Shown here: positions 63,301 through 64,000 of the stretch, one piece after another
How positions within the stretch are numbered: the first letter of the stretch is position 1
How the letters are laid out: every line of letters begins with the position of its first letter
Origin: a virus
Strand: one strand, 5' to 3'
Length of the DNA: 64,000 nt
Virus record (IMG/VR): IMGVR_UViG_3300037116_000081
Span: 21,925 to 85,924 of that record
Made by a program: the position numbers and the translations under genes
Notes under the pieces: model-generated
The model's input: only the letters and a program-made list of their open reading frames with translations
Databases searched by the model: none
What the model was told of the DNA's origin: nothing

Positions 63301-63655
63301 AAACGGGCAACCGTTCTTCCATCCGCACTAGCTGCGCTTCAATGAGTTCCAGCCGTTTGGTGTTGGAATGGTGCATCGTGAGCGATTCGTTTCGGTTGAT
63401 GTAGGCGTTGCCGAGATTGTCCATGATGGACTTGTATAGTCCGGCGTGGTCTACCGCGAAGTCCGCGCGCATCTTCGCCATCTCAAGCTGCACTTTGCCC
63501 AGCTCGATCGTGAAACCCGCGCGCATCTCAGACATAGACCCGTTTACACGTAAGTTCATGATTAACATCAGGACAGTGCCTGCGGCTCCAAGGAAAGCTA
63601 GTATGATTGCTATTACATCACCAGTTGTGAGCGTCACTGGAATGGAGTCTAGCAC
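63299..63655 (-). CDS. TM plus coiled-coil protein
   Basis: N-terminal TM; same layout as 4774-5181. Confidence 0.6.
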   Translation of the reverse strand: MLDSIPVTLTTGDVIAIILAFLGAAGTVLMLIMNLRVNGSMSEMRAGFTIELGKVQLEMAKMRADFAVDHAGLYKSIMDNLGNAYINRNESLTMHHSNTKRLELIEAQLVRMEERLPV

Positions 63656-63686
63656 ACCGTAAGATGCTTCACGCGAGGCTTTTGTT

Positions 63687-64000
63687 TCACAATCCGTAGC
63701 GCTGAGCGTGCTCCATCATCCGTGGCCACCAACTACCAGGCTGAGGACGGGGTCCGTCGTAGCCGATCATCCAGTATTCCCGCGCGCCCTTGAGAAGTCG
63801 CCTTGCTCCCCCGCTGCCGCCCGGCATGTACCAACCTTCACGCATCGCGAGCGCTCGGTCCTTTCGTGGCAGACTTACGATCTGCTTCACTACTTTCCTT
63901 TGGCGAATGATTCACGGCAGTCCACTTGGCCGCCGTTTAAGATTGGAATTCCACCCTTGGCTATGCACGCATCGACTATCTTGGTCTGGATTTCCAGCAT
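63687..64000. repeat. direct repeat, copy 2 (includes CDS 63687-63890 on the minus strand)
   Basis: Matches 19701-20014 and runs off the window edge. Confidence 0.95.

Noticed and set aside
1-64000. Integrase, transposase, tRNA or rRNA genes
   Set aside because: None recognised by eye. tRNAscan and HMM searches were not run, so divergent ones could be missed.

Overview
All of this window looks viral, and it appears to join at least two entities. (1) About 19.7-63.7 kb, minus strand, is an apparently complete ~44 kb tailed (sipho-like) phage unit. It carries TerS/TerL, a glycosyltransferase/methyltransferase island with a FliA-like sigma factor, portal, a SixA-phosphatase-MuF fusion, protease/scaffold, major capsid, neck, tail tube, tape measure, tail proteins, an RHH regulator, SSB/Gp157/VRR-NUC/HTH replication genes and lysis/membrane genes. 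It is bounded by a direct repeat (19701-20014 ~ 63687-64000) and carries eight palindromic A(C/G)TTGCGCAA(G/C)T motifs, seven of which form the -35 box of a 17-bp-spaced promoter. (2) About 1-19.7 kb is a different viral arm (plus strand to ~9.97 kb, then minus). It has FG-GAP/spike-like and possibly jelly-roll-like genes, two lytic enzymes and many small accessory genes, several paralogous to genes of entity 1. The most unusual signal is a family of ~23 short hairpins with a conserved 7-nt loop (CTGGRRT / AYYCCAG) on covarying stems. They occur in inverted pairs that bracket 0.2-0.95 kb gene cassettes, supply Shine-Dalgarno sites, and are translated in a fixed frame (RFVLHWSS; RAETPVQRET). 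A collapsed or empty version is present at ~30.24 kb. I propose this is an undescribed cassette-shuffling or kissing-loop regulatory system. No integrase, recombinase or reverse transcriptase was recognised. All product calls are by eye from motifs; no database searches were run.
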